A program made the position numbers and the translations under genes. Shown here in pieces: positions 38,467-48,500 of a stretch of DNA of 64,000 nucleotides. The stretch's first letter is position 1. Each line of letters opens with the position of its first letter. This DNA comes from Planctomycetota bacterium. GTDB lineage: Bacteria > Planctomycetota > UBA8108 > SXIK01. The notes under the pieces are model-generated. The model ran no database searches. It worked only from the letters and a program-made list of their open reading frames with translations, and was not told where the DNA came from. Location: the NCBI GenBank assembly GCA_965223845.1, contig CBDCXR010000004.1, positions 5,056,001-5,120,000 on the forward strand, read 5' to 3'.

Positions 38467-39005
38467 CCGGCGACCGACTCGGACTCGACGGAAATCGCGG
38501 CCGCGGGCTTGCGGCGAAGGACCGCCGAGGCTTGTACACTATGAGTGTCCGTCCGGTGACGGCGGTGAGCGGGCAGCGCGGCTTGAGCTGCGGGGGGCAC
38601 CGCGGACGGACCGGAGCAGTTGATCGAAGGATCGAGTAGGGATCACTCGGCGGGTGAGACGATCGACGCCGCGCAGTTGGATCGGTTGTGAAGGACGCGA
38701 AGCCTCGCCGACCCTCCGGTGTCGCGACCTCGGGAGTGTTCCGGTTCGCTCTCGCATCGACGCGGTCGTGGATGCGAAGCACTTGGTCAGCGGACAGGGA
38801 GCCGACTGATTTCGCCTGTTCGTCTCCGACGAACGGCGCATCGATCAGCCGGTGAAGCTAGTGCCTGATCGATCGCGTATTGCTCGTTCAAGCATCAGCG
38901 GTCCTATTGAGGGGGCTTTCGCAAAGTTCCCCCGCGACCGCCTGGGCGAACGCGCTTCCGACGAAGCGCGCTCGCCCGGAGGCAAATGCCAGTGGAGGTT
39001 TCCCG

Positions 39006-40271
39006 ATGGCGCGCTGTCTCATTGCAACCTTGGGTGGTGACGCACCCGGAACCAACGCCGTCGTGCGTGCGGTCACGACAATCGCTCTCAAGCGGGGGAT
39101 GGAGGTTTTCGGAGCCAAACGAGGCTGGCTCGGCCTCCTCCGAGAAGAGTTTTGGCGTCTGCGAGAATCGGACGTCGCATCCATTCTTCCGCGCGGTGGA
39201 TCCGTCCTCGGGTCGACGGATACGAAGATCGAGCGCGGGGACGAAGACAGTCAGCGGCGAATCGCTGAAGCGCTCAAGAAGTTCGACCTCGTCGTCGTGA
39301 CCGGCGGACTCGGGAGCTTCGCCGTTCTCGATCGAATCTACGATTCTCAGGACGGACTCGGCATCACGACAACCATGTTCGTTCCCGCGTCCGTCGAAGG
39401 CGAGTTCCTCAATCCGCGCCACGGCCGCCCGGACAACACCGACGAGGTTCACGCCGAGTCGGTCGGCGCCGACACGGCGGGCAATCGGGCCGTATCCGCC
39501 ATCGATTGCCTGTGCGATCAGGCGTTCCACAGCCGGACGGTCTTCCTCGTCGAGTGCGTCGGTTCGAAGAGCAATTACGTTCCCCTTCAAGTCGGGACCG
39601 CCTGCGGCGCGCACCGGATGTACTTGCCTCTCCATCCGCGTCTCTCGTCGAAAGATCGCGAGGAGATTCGATCTCTCTACGGCGGTGAGTTCGATCCGAA
39701 CTTTGTCGACGCGAAGGAGCTCGTCGCTTGGATCGGTCGAACGTTCGAAACGACCGGTCAGCGCTATCTCCTCGTCGTGCTTCCGAGCGGAGTGCCGCTT
39801 CTCAGCGTCCGCCAGGGCGGCAAGCAGCCTCACGGTGTCCACTACGAAGAGATGATCACGTCGGTAAAACCGCTCGAGCTCACCGTTCTCCGGCTCGTCG
39901 AAACGCTCGACGTCCACTTTTCGGGACGCGCCGACTCCGTGCAGGTGCGGCACGTCCTCGTGGACGATCTCCAGCGCGGTGGGCCGCCGACGCTGAAGGA
40001 CCGGACGCTCGGAAGCCTCTACGGGGAAGCCGCACTCGAGGAGTACTTCGCGATCGTCAACGCGACGGGGATCGACACGACGCATCGTGGCAATCTCAAC
40101 CTCCTCGCGATCGAGGGGACCGGTCGCTTCGGCTGGAAATGCATCCCCCGCGAGGGCGTCGCACACCTCTTTCAAGGGGAAGACGCGCGCTCGGGCGGGC
40201 TCGACCCGATTCCGTTTCTTCGTCAGTCGCTCGGACTCGTCTCGGGGTATCGTCCGTTGTCGACGCTGTAG
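39006..40271 (+). CDS. PfkA-fold protein with a degenerate active site (6-phosphofructokinase-like)
   Basis: GGAGG RBS; GGDAPGTNA, GWLGLL, GGSVLGS, G.DTA and QRGG.P..DR are retained, but GGDGS is GGLGS, TIDND is SVEGE and MGR is VGS. Confidence 0.8.
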   Translation: MARCLIATLGGDAPGTNAVVRAVTTIALKRGMEVFGAKRGWLGLLREEFWRLRESDVASILPRGGSVLGSTDTKIERGDEDSQRRIAEALKKFDLVVVTGGLGSFAVLDRIYDSQDGLGITTTMFVPASVEGEFLNPRHGRPDNTDEVHAESVGADTAGNRAVSAIDCLCDQAFHSRTVFLVECVGSKSNYVPLQVGTACGAHRMYLPLHPRLSSKDREEIRSLYGGEFDPNFVDAKELVAWIGRTFETTGQRYLLVVLPSGVPLLSVRQGGKQPHGVHYEEMITSVKPLELTVLRLVETLDVHFSGRADSVQVRHVLVDDLQRGGPPTLKDRTLGSLYGEAALEEYFAIVNATGIDTTHRGNLNLLAIEGTGRFGWKCIPREGVAHLFQGEDARSGGLDPIPFLRQSLGLVSGYRPLSTL

Positions 40272-40345
40272 TTGTTTCGCGGTCTCGGATGAGAGATTTA
40301 CACGAAGGGCGCGAAGGAACCGCGAAGAGAGACGAAGTCGAAGAC

Positions 40346-40374
40346 GAGAGAGGGAGAGAGAGAGAGAGAGAGAG
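40346..40374. repeat. Purine tract containing a (GA)10 microsatellite
   Basis: 29 consecutive purines with perfect (GA)10 at 40354-40373; intergenic. Confidence 0.95.
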
Positions 40375-40514
40375 TTTGTAAGTTGAGGGTCGGGGGGTGA
40401 AGGCGTGCTCCTTCAGTTCGCCGACCCGCGATGGCGCGGGATGCTATTCTTCCTTGTGAGCGCGCGGGAAGTCGCGGGGCTTCGACCGATAAGGGCGCTC
40501 GCGAGGAGGAAGAG

Positions 40515-40955
40515 ATGACCGAGTTCAGGATGCAGTTCACGGGTTGGAAGGCGGTCGCAATCGGCGCCGTCGCCGTCGCGATTTTCGCGGTCAAATACGT
40601 CTCGATGCAGTCGTCGCTTTCGACGGACGCCGCGAGCGAGATCGAGTTTTGGCTTCGCGGTGAGTACGCGTCGTGGGCGCTCGAGCGAATCGATCTTGAT
40701 GAGATTCGTCGGGGCGATCGAACGGCGATCGATCCGAAGGTGAAAGCCGCGATCGACTCGCAGGACGTCGAGGTCGTCGACATTCGTGCCCGCGGTAAGG
40801 AACCGACCATCGCGCGCGTCGAGATTCGCGTCGGTGGGAAGACCCCGCCGGACGGGAAGAGCGTGCGCTACTACAAGCTCACATACTCGTCGATCATCGG
40901 ATGGCGGGTTGTCCGTGAGACGGGGGCGATGTCCTACTATCTGAAGCTGTTCTAA
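40515..40955 (+). CDS. Hypothetical single-pass membrane protein
   Basis: GAGGAGG RBS and ATG 40515; TM AVAIGAVAVAIFAV followed by a protein-like alpha/beta domain. Confidence 0.8.
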   Translation: MTEFRMQFTGWKAVAIGAVAVAIFAVKYVSMQSSLSTDAASEIEFWLRGEYASWALERIDLDEIRRGDRTAIDPKVKAAIDSQDVEVVDIRARGKEPTIARVEIRVGGKTPPDGKSVRYYKLTYSSIIGWRVVRETGAMSYYLKLF

Positions 40956-41052
40956 CGTCCGCCAGGACAGGAGAGGCTCGCCCGAGGGGTGAGTCGAGCG
41001 GGAGATGCGGCGACCCGATTCGCCCGGTCGCGTGAGCTCCGTTCCGTCGGCC

Positions 41053-42042
41053 TCAGCGAAGTCGCCTCTCGACGTCCTTCAGGAGCTCTCGCGCGTCCTT
41101 CAGATCGTTGGCGAGGTGCGGGGGCGGTTTCGGATAGGAGGCGACGAGACCCTGAAGAACGGCGCGCGCCTCCTCCAGCCGCTCGAGTGCGATCAACGCG
41201 TCGGCTTGGTTGAGCTTCGTGATCACCACCATACGCTGATCGCTCGGCCGGTGGTCGCCGTAATACTCGAGAAGCTTCTCGAGCAAGATGATCGACTCGA
41301 CGTAGCGCTCATCGGAAATGTACGCCGCAGCGAGATTGATCGCCGCCGATCCGACGAGGTCGGCGTTCTTGAGATGGTACTTCCTCGCCGACTTGAGCGC
41401 GCGCCGGAGGATCCCGACCGCGCGTTTCAATTCGCCGATCTCCACGCACGCCGCGCCCATCGAAATCGCGAGGCCGATCTGGGACTCACTCTTCGGGTCG
41501 CGATCGCCCGAATCTTTCACGGCCTGTTCGAACACCGCGAGGGCTTCGCGGTACTCTCGAGCGTAGTAGTGCGCGATCGCGAGCGACTCGCGGACGAACG
41601 CGGTGTAGTCCTTCGTCGATTCGGGATGGTCTTCGAGCGTCTTCAGTGCCGCGAGATAGACTTTCTGCGCCCGCTTCGGCTTTCCTCCGAGGACGAGCGG
41701 ACGCGCTGCCGCGACGCGCGCCTTGAGAATCTTGAGATCACTCGCGGGCAGGCTCTTCGAGTAGGCGTGCTCGACCTCCTTCAGGCGAGCATGCGCTTCT
41801 TTGAAGCGGCCGAGGCTCATGTACTTCGCCGCGATCTCGCGTCGGAGGCCCTGAACTCGATCGTGAGCGTCCGGGTGACGCTTCCGCCGCGAGGCGAGAT
41901 CGCGCTCGAGCTTCTTGATGTCCTTCTCCGTCCGCTCGACCTCACGGGGATCGATCTGAGCCGCGGCCGCCACCGGACCCGCGATCGCGGCGGCGATGCA
42001 GAGAACGAACCAGCCAGACGTGCGTTTCGGCTTGGGCACCAT
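41053..42042 (-). CDS. Secreted tetratricopeptide-repeat protein
   Basis: Signal peptide ending AAAA-Q; TPR-like helices (YMSLGRFKEA, LAIAHYYAREYREA, EIGELKRAV, ISDERYVES, ALERLEEA). Confidence 0.8.
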   Translation of the reverse strand: MVPKPKRTSGWFVLCIAAAIAGPVAAAAQIDPREVERTEKDIKKLERDLASRRKRHPDAHDRVQGLRREIAAKYMSLGRFKEAHARLKEVEHAYSKSLPASDLKILKARVAAARPLVLGGKPKRAQKVYLAALKTLEDHPESTKDYTAFVRESLAIAHYYAREYREALAVFEQAVKDSGDRDPKSESQIGLAISMGAACVEIGELKRAVGILRRALKSARKYHLKNADLVGSAAINLAAAYISDERYVESIILLEKLLEYYGDHRPSDQRMVVITKLNQADALIALERLEEARAVLQGLVASYPKPPPHLANDLKDARELLKDVERRLR

Positions 42043-42556
42043 CACTCGGTTTTCCGATCTCGAAGGGAATCGTCAGCTCCCCTACCCCAAACGCAGAAAT
42101 GATGCTGGCCGCGGCGCTTCCGGTCAACGTTCGGTAGGAATTCGCCCCGCTCTCGTAAGCGCGCGGGACGGCTTCGTCGAAACCAGAAAAGGGCGATCGG
42201 CCGCGGGGTCGCGTGATACCATCTCCCGAATAGGAAGGGGTTCGGGTCGTCGAGAGTTGTCGCGCGGATGGGTTCCGCCAAAGTCCGGCTCCGATCGCGG
42301 GCGCAGCGAGCGTTCTCCGCATCGGGCGACGCTCGCTTCGCGCAGGGTCGATTTCGCCACGCCGCTGAACGTCCAGCATCTCGGTGCGAATCGCGAGAGT
42401 GAGCATCGCGCCGAATCCCGGTCCCGCGTCTCTCCTCGTCTCGTCACTCCGCTCGGTTTTCTGAATCCGCACTGACACTCACTTCGTCGACTTCACGGCG
42501 AGTCGGCGCTCGTACGCGCCCGAGGCGAGTGTCGCCCCCTACACCGCCCTTTCTCC

Positions 42557-45500
42557 ATGGCTCTTCGCTCGCTCGCTTTCTCTCTGGCATTGCTTTGCAC
42601 GGTTCCGTGCGGAGCCCAGGGCGTGTTCATCCGAGGAGACTGCGACCAGAGCCAGCGCCTCAACATCACGGATCCGATCTTCACTCTCGAGTTTCTCTTC
42701 GCCGACGGCCGCGAGCCGGTGTGCTTCGACGCCTGCGATTCGAACGACTCGGAACGCGTCGACATCGCAGACCCGATCTATACGCTTCTCTATCTGTTCG
42801 CCGATGGAGCGGAGCCGCGTCCTCCGTTTCCCCACGAAGGTGCCGATCCGACGGCGGCGCCGCTACCGGAGGACGATATCGGCTGTTCGAACGGGCGCAC
42901 CCCCGCCGCCGAGGTGCGCATCTCTCCGCGAGAAGTGCGGTTCGAGCGCCTCGGCGACGCGCTCGCCCTTCGTGTCGTCTCCGTCGACGCAACGGGAATC
43001 CCCGCGGACGTCCACGACGCGCCGACCATCGTCTACGACGTCGCGGATCCATCGATCGCCGAGGTCGACGGTGCGGGAGTCGTCACGGCGACGGGAATCG
43101 GTCGAACGAGTCTCAGCGTGCGCTACGCCGGCGCCGTGCGCACCGTGCCGATCGTCGTCCCCGCCGGGGCGGACGGCGGACCGACGATCCGCGTGATCTC
43201 GCCGCTCGACGGCTCGATCGTCCGCTCGGATGCCGTGATCGTCTCGGGGCTGGTCGCACGCACAACCGCGGTCATGGTCAACGGCGACAGCCTCGAAGTC
43301 GACGATGATCGATTCAGCGGAGAGGTCGAGCTCACCCTCGGCGGGAATCTCCTCCGCGTCGTCGCGATGGGCGATCCCGGTCTCGAGGCGGCGGAGGAGA
43401 TCCGAGTCACTCGCGTCGCTCGCGACGCCGCGGACGTCGTCGGTCCCGACGGGCGGTTTCTCCCGGTCGTGCCGGAACCCTTCGTCTCGTCACCCGACAC
43501 GCGCGCCCCGACCGTTCTCGTGACCTCGCCAGAGCCGGGATCGACCGTCGCGAGCTCGATCGTCCACGTCGAGGGGACGGTCGACGAGAACGATGTCTTC
43601 GTAACCGTCGGCGGGGTCGCCGCGCTCGTCGCCGACCGCTCGTTTCGCGCGACCTTGTCGCTTCCCCCGGGAGAGTCGACTGTCCGCGTCATCGCGACGG
43701 ACGCGCTCGAGAACGTGGGCGAGTCCGAGTTTCGAGTCCGCGTCGAGGCGGCCGCGCCGCGACTCGCGATCGTTGATCCGCCCGACGCGCCGACGCTCGT
43801 CTTCGGAAGGCGAACGGCGCGGCTTCGCGGCACCGTCTCGCCTCCGGGTGCGACCGTCGTCGCGAACGGTCGCCGGGCCGAAGTCAACGGCTCGACGTGG
43901 CAGGTCGACGTCGCGTTTCGCGATGGCGTGCAGCGTCTCGTGCTCGCGGCGCAGAGCTTCGGAGCGGCGGGCGCACCCGTTCGGTCGCAGCTCGTCCGCT
44001 CGGTCGTCGTCGACGAATCGCCGCCGCTCGTCGAACTCGCTTTTCCTCCGGACGGGGAGTTCATCGGAGGCGCGGCGTTCGAAACCGACGCCTCGACGCT
44101 CCTCTGGACCGGCCGCATCGAGGACGCGGGCGGCGCTCCGCGACCCTTCGTCGGCACGCTCGCCATCGACATCGACGGTGTTGCCGCGACGGTCTCGCGC
44201 AACGCGTTCTCCGCGTCAGTCCCGGTTCCGCCCGGCGCGAATGACCTCGAGCTCGTCGCGCGCGACGCCCGCGGGAATGAACTCCGGCGACGGCTGAGCG
44301 TCGTCCGGCGCAGCTTCCCGCGCAGCTTCGAGCTACTCTCGCCCGCGGTGAGTGACTCTCCCCGCGGATCGAACGAATTCCTCCGCGTTCGCGTCACCGA
44401 AAGCGGACGCGTCGTTCCGAACGTCGAGGTGGTCTGGTCGATCCGATGGGGCGAATCGGCGTTCGAATCGCCCGGAACGGGAGTCCGGGAGCGGACAACG
44501 CGAACGTTCACGGACGCCTCGGGCGTCGCTGCCGTCGCGTGGAGCGCCGGAGAAGCAGCTGGGCTCCAAACCGTCGTCGTCCGCTCCCGCGACTGCGCGA
44601 CGCGGTCCTTCGTTCGAACCGTCGCTCACGGCGACGCGACGCTTCTCGTCACCCGCCGCGACGGACCGTTCGTCGTCTCTACGGACGAAGGATCGCGATC
44701 GATTCCGGTTCGCCTCTTCGACCTGGCGGGGAACGAGATCCCGGATGAAGACATCACCACCGAAGTCATCGCCGGAGGAGCGAGCCTCGGCGGCGCACAG
44801 ATCGCGCGCGACCGTACGAACGCACACGGCATCGTCTCCGTCATCGTCACCGTGCCCCCGGACGATGACAGCGAGAGCCTGCTCCGACTCTCTCACCGTG
44901 GCGGCGCCGTGCTCGAGCTAACGGTCGAGGGACGCAAACCGGGAGCGGCCGCCGACACCGACGTCGTCGGCACGATCGCGTATGAAGACGGCGCGCCGAT
45001 TGCCGGAGCGCGCATCACTCTCGCGGGCTGGGAGAGCACGCCGGGGCTCATCGCGGCCACCGACGCGTTCGGTCGGTTTCGCATCGGCGGTGCGCCAAGC
45101 GGGTGCGGAGTGATCCAGATCACTTCGGAGCTCGGCACCGCCTCGCGACCGATCGAGACCTTGACCGGTCGCCGCCTCGAGCTCGGGCGCATCTCGCTTC
45201 CCCAGCCAGAGCTCGTCGACGCGAGGCGCCGCTCCCTCTCGGCGACACAGGTCGAAACGAATCCGAATGGGGCTCGCGTCGTTCTACCCGCGCTTCCGGG
45301 AGCGCAGCTTCACCTCACTCCCCTCGATCTGATCACATCGCACGGGGAGTTCACTCTCGCGGCGCCGCACCTTCACGTCGCTCCCGCTTCGGCGCCGGAC
45401 GGCACGCATCCCATCGGACTCGTCGGGGTCCTGCCCGAAGACGGACGATTCGCGCGCGCGCCGGCGATCGCCCTGCCAGCGATCGGGTCCGCGGGCGACC

Positions 45501-48500
45501 AACGCTTCACTCTTTACGAGTTTCGCGCTGCGGCCGGCGGCTTCGTCGATCTCGGTACGACGGTCGTCGAAGCGGGAACAAAGCGCATCGACGTTCCTCG
45601 CCATCTTGCGCCTCGGTCGGGCGGCTACTTTTTCGCGGCACCATCTCGGCGGCCCCCTTCCGGCGACACCGTGGTCGGGGGACAGATCGCTTTCGTCGGC
45701 CCGGAGGACGGTCAGGTTCCGCAGCGCGCGCGAAGCGAGGTGCTCGGGTTCCAAGTCTACGCGCACTCCGGCGAGCTCTACGTCGAGGAAGAGGACCTCG
45801 TCGTCCGTGGCCGTGGACTCTCGTTTCGCTTCGGGCGACGGTACGAGAGCCGCCACGAATTCGTGGGCTCGCTCGGGAACAACTGGGAGCACGACTACGA
45901 GGACCGCCGCATCTATCCGGGTCTCGGCGGGCGAAACATCGTCCGGGCGAACGGACGAGGGTCCTTCGACGAATACCTCTACGACGCGAACGCGGACGGG
46001 TACATCTCGCCGATTGGCGTCTTCTCTCACCTCTGGCGCGTGGCCGAGGGTTGGATCGAACGGGATCCGGAGGGGATCCGCTACGAGTACGAATCGTTCG
46101 ACGGCACCGCTCGGGCCGGTCGACTCGCGGCGATCGAAGACGCAGCCGGAAACCGGATGGAGTTCACCCGAAAGGAGAACGGTCGCATCGACTTCGTACG
46201 CGACAGCCTCGGAAGGCGAATCGTCTACGAGCACGACGAGCGCGGGCGAGTGCGAAGGGTGACCGATTTCACCGGCCGCCGCGTGGAGTTCGAATACGAT
46301 GCGCGCGGAGATCTCGTCGCCGTCACCGGTCCGGCCGTCGTTGGACTCCCGACGCCGAATCTCTTTCCGAACGGGAAACGGAGCGAGTACCGATACTCGA
46401 GCGGATTCGACGACGAACGCCTCAATCACAATCTCACTCAGATCATCGATCCGGCCGAAGTGATCGGTGCCGGACGCGCGCGCGTCACCATCGAGTACGG
46501 GGAGGGTCCGGACATCGAGACCTTCGACCGCGTGACGGCGCAGGAATGGAGCGTCCCCGACGGAAACGGAAGCGAGTCGAGTCGCGCCGAGTTCGACTAC
46601 GCTTCCCTCGTCGCCCCAGGAAGACCGGATCCGGCGAACGTAGAGGATCTCGAGGAAGCGCTCCTCGGCCCCGCCGCGCGCACGGACTTCACGAATGCCC
46701 GTGGAGTTCGCTCCCGCGTGATCTCGAGCGGCGCGGGCCTACCGCTCGTCGTTCGCGTGTACACGTCACCGGCTCTCGACGATCTCCGCGCGCGCGACCC
46801 GACGCGACGATTCCCCACGCCCGGAGTGGCCCCCCGGCACTACGAGACGAGACGCGAGTGGACCCGCGAAGGGCTTCTTCGCGCGATCACTCATCCCGGC
46901 GGCGATCGAACGCGATTCGAGCACGACGAGCGCGCGCCGCTCCGTCATGCGCAAGCGGCGATCACGCGCGTCGTCGAGGTCCCGCTCGCCGAGGCACCCG
47001 GCGAGGCGACTCCGGCCGTGACGACCTATCGGCGCGACCCCTTCTTCGGTCGCGTCCTCGAGCTCGTCCCACCGCGAGGAAACCGGCCCGGCGCGAACGC
47101 CGAAGACTTCGTCGAGAGGTCGTTCGTCGACTACCAAGAGGGCACGGAGATCGACGAGCTCGCCTCTCGCGTCGGGCGCGACGTCGACACAGTACGCGCG
47201 GCACTCCTCCACGCGGGGATCGAGCTCGGACTCGGTGATCTAAACGGTGACGGGGAAACGAGCCGGGCCTTCGGTCGCATCGTGCGCGTCGTTCGCCCCC
47301 CACTCGAGACCCCCGCCGGTGGAAGTGAGGAGAGCATCGCCACGAAAGCGTACAACCGCTTCGGCCAACTCGTCGAAGAGCGCGACGGGTCCGGTCGACT
47401 CGTCCGCTTTCGGTATCACTCGGAGACCGATCCGGAGGGAGATGGCACCGCGACGAACGGCGAGGGACTGGACCCCGAAACGGGCGGATTCCTCGCCGCG
47501 GAGATCCGCGTCCTCGACGAGGCGGCCGGCGACGAGATCGCACGATCGTTCCGCTACGACGAGTGGGGACATCCTCGCGAACTTACCGACGGACGCGGAA
47601 ACACGTTGATCCACACCTACAACGCGCTCGGCCAGCTCGTTCAGATCCAGTTCCCGTCGCCGCTTCGCTACCGCAGACAGGTCTTCTACGACGCCAGCGA
47701 TCGCGCGACGCTCGTTCGCCTGGAGAACTTCTCGATGACGGACGGCGGGATTCCATTCGCCGTGGCGGAGAATCGCTGGTTCGAGACGAGAATCGACTAC
47801 GACATTCTCCATCGCCCGATCCGAGTCGAACGCGAAATCGAAGAGGGAGAGCTCACCGGCGAGGCGCGCGCGGCGATCACGCGGATTCACTACACGCCGA
47901 CGGGCGAGATCGCGAGAATCGAACGCGACGGCGACGAGGCGAGCGAGGCGTGGCGCTACGACGAACGCGGCCTTCCGCTCTGGCACGCGCGCGGCCCTGG
48001 AACCGCAGACGAAGCCGCGATCACGAATCTTCGCGACGCCGCCGGGCAGCCGGTCGTTCGCATCGATGCGGCAGATTCGGACGGCGATGGCGAGCCGGAA
48101 CGGCAGAGATTCGTTCGCGACGGCTTCCATCGCTCGATCGCAGAGATCGACGCTCTCGGAGGCGCGAGGATCATCGCGCGCGACGTCGAAGGGCGCGCGC
48201 TCGACGAGGCCATCGTCGGGGATCCAGGGCGTGTGGGCGCGGCATCGGGCGGCGGGGACTCGCCGCTCGTTCTGCTCGCGCGCCGCTCATGGACCTACAA
48301 CGCGCGCGGCGGCGTCGAAACATCGCGTCGCGAGCTCTTCGGAGGCATCACGCCGGAGGGAGACCCCCTTCCGCCCGAGACGCTGATCACCCGCTACTGG
48401 TACGACGGCGCAGACCGTCTCATCGCCCGGCGAGATCCGCTCGGTTTGCTCACCGAGCGAGAGTACGACGGCGCCGGACGCCTCGAAAGGATCCGCGAAC

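Noticed and set aside
38690-38720. GGACGCGAAGCC resembling part of a c-di-GMP-I riboswitch
   Set aside because: The upstream GGCAAACC/GAAA stem and the downstream P1 partner are missing.
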